Both the position numbers and the translations under genes were made by a program. Below, piece after piece: positions 32,895-45,300 of a stretch of 64,000 nt of DNA (position 1 is its first letter; each line of letters opens with the position of its first letter). The notes beneath the pieces were generated by a model, which worked only from the letters and a program-made list of their open reading frames with translations, was not told where the DNA came from and searched no databases. The stretch spans positions 137,444-201,443 of the forward strand of contig NIVC01001208.1 in assembly GCA_002269645.1 (NCBI GenBank), given 5' to 3'. This DNA comes from Macrostomum lignano (taxonomy: Eukaryota).

Positions 32895-33265
32895 GGGTTA
32901 TGGATGACGTCACTCTCTAAAATTGGAGGATCGGTGGTTTATGGATGACGTCACTCTCTAAAATTAGAGGATACGTGGTTTATGGATGACGTCACTCTCT
33001 AAAATGGGGGTGGTTAATGGATGACGTCACTCTCTAAAATTGGAGGATCGGTGGTTTATGGAGTCTACTCATAAACCACCGATATGGAATCTACCCATAA
33101 ACTACCCATAAACCACCGATCTACCCATAAACCAAATTATGGATGACGTCACTCTCTAAAATGGGGGTGGTTTATGGATGACGTCACTCTAAAATTGGAG
33201 GATCGGTGGTTTATGGATGACGTCGCTCTCTAAAATTGGGGGTGGTCTATGGATGACGTCACTTT
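32895..33265. repeat. 35-41 bp tandem repeat with a TGACGTCA palindrome per unit and an internal fold-back
   Basis: TGACGTCA at 32905, 32946, 32987, 33022, 33144, 33179, 33254; 14-bp hairpin at 33047-33083. Confidence 0.85.
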
Positions 33266-33387
33266 GTATAAACTGAAAACAGCGTTGCGAATGATTTCAC
33301 TCTTGCCTAGTTAGAGAAAGAGGTTAGAGATTACGTCAAAATCTCTATAAATTTGCGGAGGGCAATTGCAGATGACGTCACAGTCTC

Positions 33388-34587
33388 TCAAATGCTCATG
33401 GCGCTGCCCCAGACGGCGCTGCAGCCAGCTACGCAGTACACAAACCAGATGAGCACAAGTCCCAATCCGCAGGCTAGTAGTGGCCAGAGGATGCAGTGAA
33501 ACACCTGACCTTGACTGAACTCTCTGCCTCTCAATGCCGAATATTCTTCCCAGCCGTTAATTGACTCCTTGCGAACGTAGCACTGGAAGCCATTGCCGTC
33601 GCTGTACATTGTGGCGTTGAGATTCGCGATCTGGCGGGCATTGAGCAGCTTGTCCTTGTAGCAGATTCTGGATACGCACTGGAAAAAAGAAAAAAGGAAG
33701 TGAAAAAAAAGCTATTAAAGCGCGCTAATTTAGACGGTATTCGCGACAGCACTCGCTGTTCTCGTTAAAATATCCAATAAATTGATTATATAATAAATAG
33801 TATAATTTATAATTTTTAATATATAATATAATATAATATTTAAAAAAACAAGCATGATAGTAAAGATAAAAAAGTATTTTCCTAATGAAACTTAAATTCT
33901 TTGAAAAAATGATCGGAAAGGCAATATTTTCTATCTTGAAATTTATGCTCTTAAAATTACCTAAATGAAAGGCAACGATAATTTTATTAAAATGAGTTAA
34001 AAAGTATAAAGCGTCGTACAGTTTTTGTTGTCTTATCATTAGGCTATGTATTATTATTACTATTATTATTAGCACAATTGCTGGGTTCAATTCTAGAAAC
34101 ACTTTTCCAGGAAAACTTTTGAACAAAAAAAGTAGCATTAAAACAAAGTATTTAATCAAAACAAAAAACGTGTTCAAACCTTAGCTGGCAGGGTAGCCTC
34201 TGCATAGTAGGTATACATGAGATAGATTGTGGCAACACCAGCATCAGCGAATCCGCTCGAAGTTCCATTGAAGGTGACTCGAACTGTCAAACACGGAAAA
34301 CTCGATGGGTCTCTGGAGAACACGTCCTGACAGAACTGATCTCCGGTGTAATAACTCGATTGGAATTTGCACACTGCAGCCTTGAATTTGTGCTCATTTA
34401 AATAGGGCCCAATGATGATGCCCAGGCAGATCATTTCAACTACGAAGCCGAGAGTGAACAGGGTGCCACCGAGTAGGTACAGCCACCTGCCGGCGCCCAG
34501 AACGATGCAGAACCGATCGCACCGACCGCCCTCTGCTGCTCCTCCAGTTGAACGCCGATTTCCTGTCGAGCTTCGATTCTTTGCCAT
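33388..34587 (-). CDS. BK channel beta-subunit-like (KCNMB/CaKB-like) protein A, ~232 aa
   Basis: Exons 34587..34180 and 33678..33388 (phase 0, AAG|GTTTGA...TTCCAG|TGC). Two TM segments flank a Cys-rich loop containing SSFPCLTVRV, FQCY and FHCILWPLL, matching the KCNMB-type YPCLQVxVN, FTCY and HCxxWP pattern. Confidence 0.8.
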
Positions 34588-34714
34588 GGTTTTAGCCTAG
34601 TTTATGGCTCGATTACTCTTGGGAGAGATCGGCTACTGAAAGTATAAGTACAGGCTTGCTACTATATAAATTTGTTACTTCGGTAAAAAAAGTCACCGTA
34701 ACAGGTTCAGACCC

Positions 34715-34950
34715 TCCTGTTAAATCGTGAACCTATGGTTCTACCCCTCTGTCGAGTCGTGAACTTGGGGGTTCTACCCCTCCTGTCGAGTCGTGAACTT
34801 GGGGGTTCTACCCCTCGTGTCGAGTTGTGAACTTGGGGGTTCCACCCCTCCTGTCGAGTCGTGAACTTGGGGGTTCCACCCCTCCTGTCGAGTCGTGAAC
34901 TTGGGGGTTCCACCCCTCCTGTCGAGTCGTGAACTTGGGGGTTCCAGCCC
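34715..34950. repeat. 34-bp minisatellite (CCCCTCCTGTCGAGTCGTGAACTTGGGGGTTCCA)
   Basis: About 6-7 copies upstream of KCNMB-like A. Confidence 0.85.
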
Positions 34951-35807
34951 TCCCATTGGGCTAGTTCCTACAGCTCCAGTTGAGCCGTGATCCTGAGTTC
35001 CGACCTGTCATCGAATCGTATAGAGGGTTCCCAGTCGTATGATCATGACGAGTTGGAATATAGCTAACATGAAGGCAAGATATTAGAATCGATCATTTAG
35101 CTTCACTTACCGTTTTGTCCTGCTCTCTAAATAGAATCCCGTGCTTTAATTGTTAATCCATCTGAGTATGCAAAATCCGTTTTAAAAAAACGTAGCTACT
35201 CTTAGAGAATAAAATAACGTTCAAGGCAAAGGAGGCAGAGAGAGAGCCAGAGTTGAACACGCGTTGGTTGGTACAGCCCTTGTTAAACCTACTCAAGCCT
35301 TATAAATCCGATAGCTAGACCACGGAGCCATGGCTGCACCCGTTTGCTCACAGAAACGCTCTCTCTCTCTGTCCCTCTCTAAATCCCAATTGGGATCTTA
35401 GGGAGAAGGGAAAACACCGCACAAATAATGCATAGGCCTGAGGGGCATTTTTCTTATTCTTATTTCTCTCTCTCTCTCTCTCTCTCTCCGTGAGTGCGGT
35501 TTGTTCGAGAGCTGTAATAGAGCTGGAATCAGCGGCATGCAATGGCCGGTCAGAAATCTGACACCATAATACGAGTTGAAAATGCGTAGTTCTCTACATG
35601 TAACTCAGCTTTGTCCATGCAGAGCTGCATGCCCTGAGCCAAGTGTTGGAACTTGGACATTTTTTTACTATCAAATTGGCACAGTTAAAGCAGCTATTGC
35701 AATTCATTTTCAACCCAAGTGGCAAAATGCCAAATCAAGTTGTAAATTGTTAATTCAGAGCTACCAAAAGGCCAAGTGAAGTGCAGCATTCATAGTCATT
35801 TCAAGTA

Positions 35808-36967
35808 CGAGGGGTGTCCGGAAAATTCGGACACTTGTAATCCCAGACCAAAAACAGTAGCAGTTGCAAGCACAACTTTGGTGTCATTTAAAAGCGGCAC
35901 ATCCTTTTCAATGAATTCAGTCGCGTGTATTTTGGTCATTTCTGTCAAAAGTTACGTGAGAAAAACCATAGCAATGCCATTAATCGATTATATCACTGCC
36001 ACAAATCCACTAATCCATATGATCGATTATGGATTATCGATCGATTATTGATCACCGATTATGGATTATCGATCGATTATTGATCACCGATTATGGATTG
36101 TCGATCGATTATTGATCACCGACTATGGATTATCGATCGATTATTGATCACCGATTATGGATTATCGATCGATTATTGATCACCGATTATGGATTATCGA
36201 TCGATTATTGATCACCGATTATGGATTATCGATCGATTATTGATCACCGATTATGGATTATCGATCGATTATTGATCACCGATTATGTATTATCGATCGA
36301 TTATTGATCACCGATTATGGAGTATCGATCGATTATTGATCACCGATTATGGATTATCGGTCGATTATTTATCACCGATTATGGATTATCGATCGATTAT
36401 TGATCACCGATTATGGATTATCGATCGATTATTGATCACCGATTATGGATTATCGATCGATTATTGATCACCGATTATGGATTATCGATCGATTATTGAT
36501 CACCGATTATGGATTATCGATCGATTATTGATCACCGATTATGGATTATCGATCGATTATTGATCACCGATTATGGATTATCGATCGATTATTGATCACC
36601 GATTATGGATTATCGATCGATTATTGATCACCGATTATGGATTATCGATCGATTATTGATCACCGATTATGGATTATCGATCGATTATTGATCACCGATT
36701 ATGGATTATCGATCGATTATTGATCACCGACTATCTCTGATTATTGACACCATCGTGAGCGTGATGAACGACTAAAATTCATTTTTGAGGACATCGCTTT
36801 TTATATATTTTAAACTTTTACAAACATTTTCAGGCATACATTGCGATGGTTTTTTCACGTAACTTTTGAAAGAAATGACCAAATTACACTCGACTGAATT
36901 CATGGGAAAAATATGTGCCGCTTTGCTCTGGGATTAAAAGTGTCAGAACTTTCCCCGACACCCCTCG
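35808..36967. mobile_element. Tc1/mariner-type non-autonomous element (long imperfect TIRs) with an internal minisatellite
   Basis: TA|CGAGGGGTGTCCGGAAAATTCGGACACTT at the left end and AAGTGTCAGAACTTTCCCCGACACCCCTCG|TA at the right end. The inverted similarity extends inward (35808-~35985 vs ~36840-36967). TA duplication on both sides; no transposase ORF. Confidence 0.85.
36015..36735. repeat. 32-bp minisatellite (ATCGATCGATTATTGATCACCGATTATGGATT) inside the mariner-type element
   Basis: About 22 highly homogeneous copies. Confidence 0.93.
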
Positions 36968-37415
36968 TATAGAAGACTCACTCTTTTCTGTGCAGTTTCT
37001 CTTGTGCCCAGCTGCTCCGCCAAGTGCAAGTTGGTTCGGCCTTTTGTATCCATGGTCGCTATTGCGCAACAGTTGCGCAACAGAAGCGCTCTGATTGGCT
37101 AATCTGCAGATCAACTGAATTTTATGCACTTTTGAGTTGGCTATTGTGCTACTTGACAGGAAAAAAAACAGACGACGCAATCTACGCCACGCCCGCGTTG
37201 CTCATCTTAACTGTGGGTGGGGACAATTCGCGTCACAAAGTCCTAGTTTAGTCTGGTGAGGAGAGAGCAGCTGAAAGTTATGAGTAGGGTTGGATTAAAG
37301 CTGCCACCTGTTGAAATGTATTATGACGATGACATGCAAATATCATTGAAAAGCTACCCTGTAACCATTTCAGGTTTTGCTCTGCACCCCATTGACTAAA
37401 ACAGCGCTAACGGAC

Positions 37416-38864
37416 ATGGCTCTTCGCCGCTGTCACCGCCTCTGCAATGTGATGGGCATAGCCAAATACGTTTTTCTTACCTGTGTATCACTAATCACCT
37501 GCGGAGTCATAGTTGGCGGTATCCTAGCTTATTTAATCATTCTGCCGTACTACCGAGAGGCGCGATTCGAGCAGACCAGCTGCGTGTACCTTGGCGAAGA
37601 GATGAAGCGTATTATTGACTGCGAAAGCAAGTGCGCCAAGGATAGAAGCAGCTATCCCTGCTACATGGTCAGGGTCAACATCTCGGGCGTGCCTGAGCAA
37701 GGTGTACTGTTTGAAAATTTTCTCACTTATCTGGAGCAAGATAAGGTAACTTTGTTGAAGAAACTGCACTGTTCAGTTTCTGTTCCTGAAATTGTGAAAC
37801 ATCTAATCTTTGAAAAAATGATATATTCATCAGAGTTGCCTAACGTGTAGGATCCTCTTTTGTTTCTGTATGAACCTTATTTAAAATTAAACAAGTCTCC
37901 GACGAAAAATAAAATACAGGCTAGGTCAGAGAAAAACCTTAAAATCTCTGACCCCCTGTGTAGTGCGTACACTCACGAATGTACATCTATTTAACGCCAA
38001 AGCAAAGCCAATTAACCACCCCCCGGAAATCACTGACGCAGTGACGCTCCATTCTGGGCCAGACCTGAAAACAATTCTTACCCCCCCTCCCTGCTGCGCC
38101 TCCGCCCCCCCCCAATTGAAGAAATGTTTAATGTACATCTAAATATGGGTGGAGAGAAACCCACTAACTCTCGGACCGCATGTGTACACTCACGAATGTA
38201 CATCTAGTCAACGCGATAGAAGTCACTGGCGCTCCAATCTGGGCCAGGCCTGAAAACAATTCTTACCCCCTGCTGCGCCTCCGCCCCCCCCCCCCACGAA
38301 AGTCACTGGCGCTCCAATCTGGGCCAGGCCTGAAAACAATTCTTACCCCCTGCTGCGCCCCGCCCTCAAATTGAACAAATGTTTAATGTACATTTAAATA
38401 TAGGCGGAGAGATCCCAACTTTCTGACGGCATGTGTACACTAACGAATGTACATTTAGAAAAGGGGCAAAAGGCGAAACCAAACCAATTACCCCTGCAAA
38501 CTCTAACCCCCTACGTACACTCGTTCTAGTCTAAAACAATTATAACCCGGCTGCGCCTCCACCACCCTTCCAGACAAACTGCAGCTCGGCGCCCTGCCTA
38601 CCCGAGGCGGTAGAAAACGTGGAAATGACCCGGCGCTACATTAAAACCCTGCGACGTCGCCGCAATTTCACCTGCTACTTTCGCGGCCCAGACTCTCGCC
38701 AGAAGAACTCGGTACTGCTCACTAAGATCTACACAAAAGAGCAGGCTAAGCACTGCGCCATCTGGCCAGCATTTGCCGTCTCAATTGGCGCCATCGTGCT
38801 CATCGGAACTCACTACTGCGCTGGGTGCACCGTGTGGACTCAAGATAAAACTGTTATTGCCTGA
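37416..38864 (+). CDS. BK channel beta-subunit-like (KCNMB/CaKB-like) protein B, ~206 aa
   Basis: Exons 37416..37745 and 38574..38864 (phase 0). Motifs: DCESKC..SSYPCYMVRVN, NCSSAPC, NFTCY, SVLL, HCAIWP, plus two TM segments. Confidence 0.85.
37960..38460. repeat. Two to three degenerate ~200-bp tandem units in the KCNMB-like B intron
   Basis: GTACACTCACGAATGTACATCTA recurs at ~37966, ~38184, ~38434; AAGTCACTGGCGCTCCAATCTGGGCCAGGCCTGAAAACAATTCTTACCCCCTGCTGCGCC is duplicated. Confidence 0.7.
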
Positions 38865-39181
38865 TCGATGCATAGCAGCTTGATCAGACTGATCGACACT
38901 CAATCAATGAACAAGAACAGAAAAAAACAGAAGCACTAGCTATGCATGATGCTGTTGTCATTTTCTCTATTTTCTCGAAAAATTATTTCATACATTTTAC
39001 ATTTTACAGCAAGAAAATTATCGGCTTAAAAGCGCACAAAAATTTGGTTTTCAATAACGAAACGCACCGTCATACTTACATTGATTTAAAGCCTTCTTCT
39101 AAGATATTAAATCAATTTGCTTAAATTCTGATAAAATAGCCAAAACATGATCTCTGTTCCTGACAGTAGTATTATGAGAAT

Positions 39182-41627
39182 TTGACGATCAGACCGACGC
39201 TCGATGCCACCTCGACCAGCCTGTCTATCTGGCGCTGGGCGCCTTCAACGGACGAGGACAGGAGGGCGAGGTCGTCGGCTGAGCCAAGCACGCTCAGGCG
39301 CTTTTCGCCATGGCGGCGACCGATGCGTCTGCGCAGCAGGAAGCCGTCATTAGCCGAGGGGAGTGCGGTCCGAAGCACCCAGTCCAGCAGCAGCACGAAG
39401 AGGAACGGCGCTAGCGTGTCACCCTGCAGAACTCCTGATGAAGTATCGAACAGGTCAGACCGGCCGTCCGCCGTCACCACAGCAGCTCGAGTATTGCAAT
39501 ACAGCGCCATGACAGCGTCGACTAGCTGCTGGGGTACCCGGTAGGCTCGAAGGACAAAGGGAAGTGCGGCTCTCAACACCGAGTCAAACGCCTTTCGAAA
39601 GTCAACGAAGACAATGATCAGCGTAGACTGGTGGATGCGCGCCTCCTCGATGACACGGCGGAGTGCGAGGATTTGTGTCACTGTGGCCGGAATCCGTTCT
39701 GCTCGTACCGCAGGTACGGGTCCAACACCGACTGCAGACGATCAAGCAGCAGCCGGTTGAAGAGCTTCGCGGTGCAGGACATCAGCGAAATCCCGCGGTG
39801 GTCTTCCTTCCGCGTTGTCCCTGCCTTTTTCGGGATCGGCACGATGTGCGCGACGGTCCACTTGGTGGGCGCAGGAGCGCCGGCCAGCACGCAGTTCATG
39901 ACGCCTGTGACCTGGGAGGCCACACAGCGGAGCCGCAGCGCTTCAACCCGGGACTTCGTCGGGGCCCAGCGCCTTGCCACCTGATGTTTTCCGAGCGAAC
40001 AGCACAACGTCCTCCGTGGTGACTGGTCTGTGCAGAAGTCCTCCTCAGCTGGGAGCGGCGTGTCCAGTGGGAGCGCAAAGCTGGCGGGCAGCGGCGACGC
40101 GGGCGCGTTCACGATGCCGGCGAAGAAGTCGCGCAATTCATTCCTGCGCTCCTCCGGGGTGTCGCCGGCCAGGTTCAGCGCCACGCGCTTTTTGCGCCCC
40201 GTCAGAGTCCGGACGGCTGTCCACACTGCGCGGCTCTTCACGTCGGGGCCGGCTGCAGTGATGGACCGAATGGCGTCGTCGACAGCGGCCTGCTGCCGCT
40301 CGTCAAGAAGGCGCTCAAATGCGTCTTCAGCGTCGCCCGTGGGCCGCCGGTTTCTGCGGAGTCGCTCGATGTTGAGCCGCGCCGGCGGCCTGCCTGATGG
40401 TCGGGTCGCTCTGCCAGACAGGCAGCGATTTCTGGGCTGGGCGCATCAGCGGGACCGTCTGCTCTGCAGCGGCTCTAACGGCGGTGCTGATGTTGGAATA
40501 CTCCACCTCGCGCTGGTATCCAAGCGCGCCGACAAAGGCACCCGCGAATTGATGCTTCACGCGGGTGTCCAACAGTGCGCGATAGTAGCGCCGTGGCCGC
40601 TGCTTTGGCGGTCGGTAGAGCTGGTCGCGGAGCCGCAAGTCGCAGATCAGGAGTCAGTGGTCTGACCGGAGAGCCAGCGGAGCCATGGTGTCGCAGTTGG
40701 TGACGCGGCGGCGCTCGCGAGTGCGAACCAGCGCATGATCGAGTTGCGCCAGTCTCCTCGTGGCATTCCGCCCGCGTGCGTTCCGCCGCCTTCTCTTGCA
40801 GCCCGCAAAGGTGACCAGGCGGGCAGGGGGCTTGCGGAACTGGGTGTTCGTGGACACCAGATCCAGCCGGTCAAGCAGGTCCTCCAGCACATCGGTATTG
40901 GCGTCCTCCAGCGCAACACGCACAGGTGCACAGGTGCTGACTGTGCCGGCCGACATCCCAGCGGACCTGACGTGCCGCGGCGCAGACTGGCAGACGACCA
41001 AGCTCGCACGCTGCCAGCGGTTCACCTACCTCTGCGGTCTGGTGCCTCACGTGGAAGAGGACCTCCGGCGGCGCAGGGGACTTGCCTGGGCGGCCTTTCG
41101 TTCGATCCGAGCCGTCCTCCAGTCTGAAGCGCTGCCCGACCGCCAGAGGGCTCGGCTGTGGCAGGCGGTGGTCGAAACGTCCTTCTCTACAACGCCGAGA
41201 CGTGGACGCTGACGGCTACCCTAGAGCGGCAGCTGAACTCGGCGCATTCAGGGCTGCTCCGTACGGCCTTTCGAGCTGACGAGAGCGTCGGGACCGAGGC
41301 TCTGTACGATCGGGCCAAGCTGCAGCGCCCGTCCACCATCCTGCGCCGGTGGCGACTTCAACTGGCGGGCCACGTGATCCGGGCCGAGGGCTACTGCCCC
41401 CAACCTGTTCAGGACGTCCTGCTGCTCACCTTGCAGGGTCCGTTCAGGCGGGTCAGGCCCGAACCCGTCGATACGTGGACTGCCTGCTGTGCGACCCTGG
41501 GGCATCCGACACTGCCAACGGAGCGGCCGACTTCGTTCGCTCCCAGGCTCTGCGGCGCGCCATCTGACGCGCCCTGCCCTAACTGTGACTTTGCATGCGG
41601 GGTTGCGTATTTTGTTGTTGTTGTTGT
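39182..41627. mobile_element. RTE-clade non-LTR retrotransposon, 5'-truncated with inverted 5' segment, decayed
   Basis: Minus-strand 40928..39182 encodes mid-EN through RT (frameshifted; YADD mutated to SADD). Plus-strand ~40929..41627 encodes the remaining C-terminus (RRRRGLAWAAF, LLYNAETWTLT) and ends in GCGTATT(TTG)n. Confidence 0.88.
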
Positions 41628-42363
41628 TTTTGAGCAATTATTGCAATAATCAACCTTTTTATAACAAAACGAGAGAAGCATGTAGGCAAATAACTGAGAG
41701 TGTATTTTACACAAAAATAAATTAAAGTGTCTTGACAGCATTAAATTCCATAATAAACCAATATGAATAGAGTGCAAAGGGCTGAAAATGATCTGAAAAT
41801 GTTGAGACGCGTAGCTGCCTGAGCAGCCAATTAATATAAATTACCAGTTTTAATTTTACTAAAGAATCCGAGCATTCATTTCAAGACAATGCCAATCATA
41901 TTCAACAATATTTCTACTCTTGTCTATGGTCAAAACAGTCTATGGCACAGGCACGACACAGCATTGAATTTAAGACACAGAGCAGTCAAATTCAGACAAG
42001 TGCCGCCAATGGAGCTGGAGAGTCCTCCAGACGGATACCATCTACAGAATTGGAGTTCCCATGGTGCTGCAGAGAATCGCGGAGTCAGGCGTGGATGTCA
42101 TCCCGGTTGTCAAGAGTGCACCCCGGTTTGCTCACGCACTGCGCTTCCTGACCAGCTGCTTGGCCCATGAAAATATCTGATTGAGCACACATATGTGGCC
42201 TGACAGTTTAGTCACAGTCGCTATAAAATATGTGCATCACAAAATGCCAATTCACTTTATCACTTGTTCGACTTCTGCGTCACAAATTACGCATTTTTGT
42301 CTAAAGGCTCCGAGTTTTAATGTCTGAACCATACATCTTATATACATATGATCTATGGTCTGA

Positions 42364-45300
42364 TCTGGCAGGACCAAGCGATGGCAGCGGAGCGCCCGTC
42401 GGCGTGTTGAGCGCCGGCGTGAGCGGAACCGACGAGGCCGGCTGCGTGGCGCCGCCCGTCGAGCTGCCGCGCGGGTCCACTCGGATCCTCCGGGTGGCGC
42501 CGGGGACCGTGAGGCTCAACTGCATCGAGCCCCAGCCGTACCACAGGGCATGCTTCGGGTCGGGACGCTGAACTGCCGCACTCTCAAGGCTGCTTGGCGT
42601 AGAGGGGTGCTAGCGAAGCTGGCGTACGACCTGAGCTGCGACATCATCTCGCTGCAGGAGGTGCCTATCAAGGCCGACCCGGGACTTCATTGTGAGGACT
42701 TGGGCGCCGGGTGGACCCTCTACTATACTTCTGCGGACCAGCGAGGCCGTGGAGGAGTTGGAGCGCTGATCGGGCCGAGGCTGCAGCAGAGCTGTCGCTG
42801 CGTCTCCCTGTCCCCCCGGTTGCTTCGGATCGACGTCCGGCTACGCGGTCGGAATGCTCGCCTGTTCTGCGCGTACGCGCCCCCTGCCACACGCCCTGAC
42901 GAGGCTCAAGAGTTTTTCGAGCAGCTCTCAGCGCAGGTAGAGGCGACGGCGCAGCGTGACACAGCGGTCGCCCTCGGAGACCTGAACGCAGTCCTGCGTA
43001 GGTCCGAGAGGTCGCTGTTCGTGACGCCACGCGGGAACAACAACACCGAGGCACTGGAGGACTTCCTGGAGAGGCAGGACATGGTGTCGGCCAACACCCG
43101 CTTCCGCAAGCCACTGAGCGGTCTCGCAACCTTCGTGGGCTGCAAGCGGAGGCGACGGAACGCGCGTGGCAGGAACGCAACCCGGAGACAAGCACAGCTC
43201 GACCACGTGCTCGTGCGTTTCCGTGAGCGTCGTCGCGCCGTCAACTGCCGCACCATCACGCCGCTGGCTCTGCGGTCCGATCACCGGCTCCTCATCTGCG
43301 ACCTCAACCTTCGCGATCCGCTCTACCGTCCGCCGAAGCGGCCACCGCGGCGCTACTACCGCGCGCTTAGAGCCACCGATACGCAGCGTCGCTTTGCTAG
43401 CGCCTTTAACACCGCGCTGGGCGACAAGCGTGGAAGTGCCGAGTATGCGATAGTGTGCGCTGCAGTCAGAACCGCCGCGGAGCAAGCAGTCCCGATGATG
43501 CAACCGGCTCAACGTGGGCAGCCGGTCTGGCAGGACGACCCTGCGATTCAGGCAGCGAGGGAAGATCTGGAGAAGCTCCGCCTGAGCAGGCGACCAACCC
43601 GCGAGGCAGAGGCAGCTCTGGCAGCTGTCTACCTGCAGCGCCAACAAGCGGCTGTCGATGACGCCATTCAGGCTGTCTATGCCGCTGGGCCCGATGCCAG
43701 AGGGCGCGTGGCCTGGTCCGCCATCAACGCTCTGACGGGACGAAAGCGGCGAAATCCGCTGAACCTGGCTGGTGACACTCCGGACGAGCGTAGGAACGAG
43801 CTGCGCGAGTTCTTCGCCGCCATCGTCAACGCGCCGCCACCCCCGCTGCCAGACAGTCTGACGCTGCCGCCGGAGACGCCGTTGCCGGCAGAGGAGAGTT
43901 TCAGCGTAGCCCCAGTCAACGCAGCCGACGTTGTCAAGCTCGCCCAGCAGTCACCGGGCGGGAAAGCGCTGGGTCTGGACGAGGTGCCCATCGAGGCGAT
44001 GCGCATCCCCTGTGTGGCCGCTGAGGTCGCCAGAGTGATGAACCGCGTGCTCTTCGGTGAGGCGGCGCCCAACGAATGGACCACGGCGCACATCGTCGCT
44101 GTTCCAAAGAAGCCGGGCACCACTAGGCTTGAAGACCATCGAGGCATCTGCCTTCAGTCCTGTGCAGCGAAGCTGTTCAACCGGATGCTGCTTTCGCGGT
44201 TGCAGCCCGTGCTGGATCCGTACCTGCGCCCAGAGCAGAACGGGTTCCGGCCCCATCGCGGCACAGTGGCGCAGATCCTGGCTCTTCGCCGAGTCATCGA
44301 GGAGGCGCGGATTCGTCAGTCGATACTGATTTTAATCTTTATTGATTTCAAGAAGGCATTCGACTCGGTTGTCAGAGCCGTGCTTCCAATGGTGCTCCGC
44401 GCGTACAACGTGCCTGAGCAGCTGATCTCCGCCGTCATGGCGATGTACCGTGATACGACAGCTGCTGTGACAACACTGGACGGCCTATCGGACTCCTTTG
44501 AGACATCCTCCGGAGTGCTTCAGGGAGATACGCTGGCGCCGTTTCTGTTCGTCCTGGTGCTTGACTGGGTGCTGCGGACTGCTCTTCCTACCGACGACGA
44601 CGGTTTTCTGCTGCAGCGACGCGTGGGTCAACGTCAACCGGAGAAGCGGCTCAGCGTGCTTGGCTACGCCGACGACCTCGCCCTGCTGTCCTCGACCGTC
44701 GAGGGCGCCCAACGGCAGCTGGACAGGCTGGTTGCCGTTGCGGCGAGTGTCGGCCTGGTGGTCAACACGCAGAAGACCGTTGTGCTCTGCGTGCCGGACG
44801 ACATCGAGGCTGCAATATTTTGCCGAGGCGCTGACGGGCAGGCGACCGAACTCCCGCGATGTCAGCAGTTCATCTACCTCGGCGGTCTGGTTCCAGACGC
44901 TCGCGAGGACCTGCGACGCCGCCGCGGGCTTGCCTGGGCTGCCTTTCGTTCTGTGAGGGCAGTCCTGCAGTCCGAGGCCCTACCGGACCGCCAGAGGGCG
45001 GCGCTGTTCCAGGCGGTAATCGAGACCGTCCTGCTGTACAACGCCGAGACCTGGACGCTGACGGACTCACTCGAACAGCAAGTCGATGCGGCGCACGCTG
45101 GTCTGCTGCGCGCCGCCTTCAACATCGGCGTCGAGCGAGTCACCAACGCGGCACTCTATCGCCGCGCTGGCCTGCCACGTCCAAGTGATCTACTGCGCCG
45201 TCGGCGACTCCAGCTCGCAGGCCATCTCATCCGCGCCGAGTCGTACTGCCCACAGCCGGTGCAGGAGGTGCTGCTGCTCACGCTGCAGGCACCCTACCGG

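Noticed and set aside
39171-41640. TSD for the inverted RTE copy (TATGAGAATT vs TTTGAGCAATT)
   Set aside because: The match is imperfect and AT-rich, so it cannot be called without the empty site.
41889-42170. Moderately GC-rich short ORFs between the two RTE elements
   Set aside because: No motif was recognised in any frame. It may be an old TE fragment, but that cannot be supported.
42364-42549. Possible HDV-like ribozyme in the RTE 5' region (CCACTCGG-ATCCT-CCGGGTGG hairpin, TCCTCC..GGCGCC)
   Set aside because: I could not build the nested double pseudoknot by eye, and the region is an open reading frame continuous with the ORF. An Infernal or RNArobo search on the full-length consensus would be decisive.
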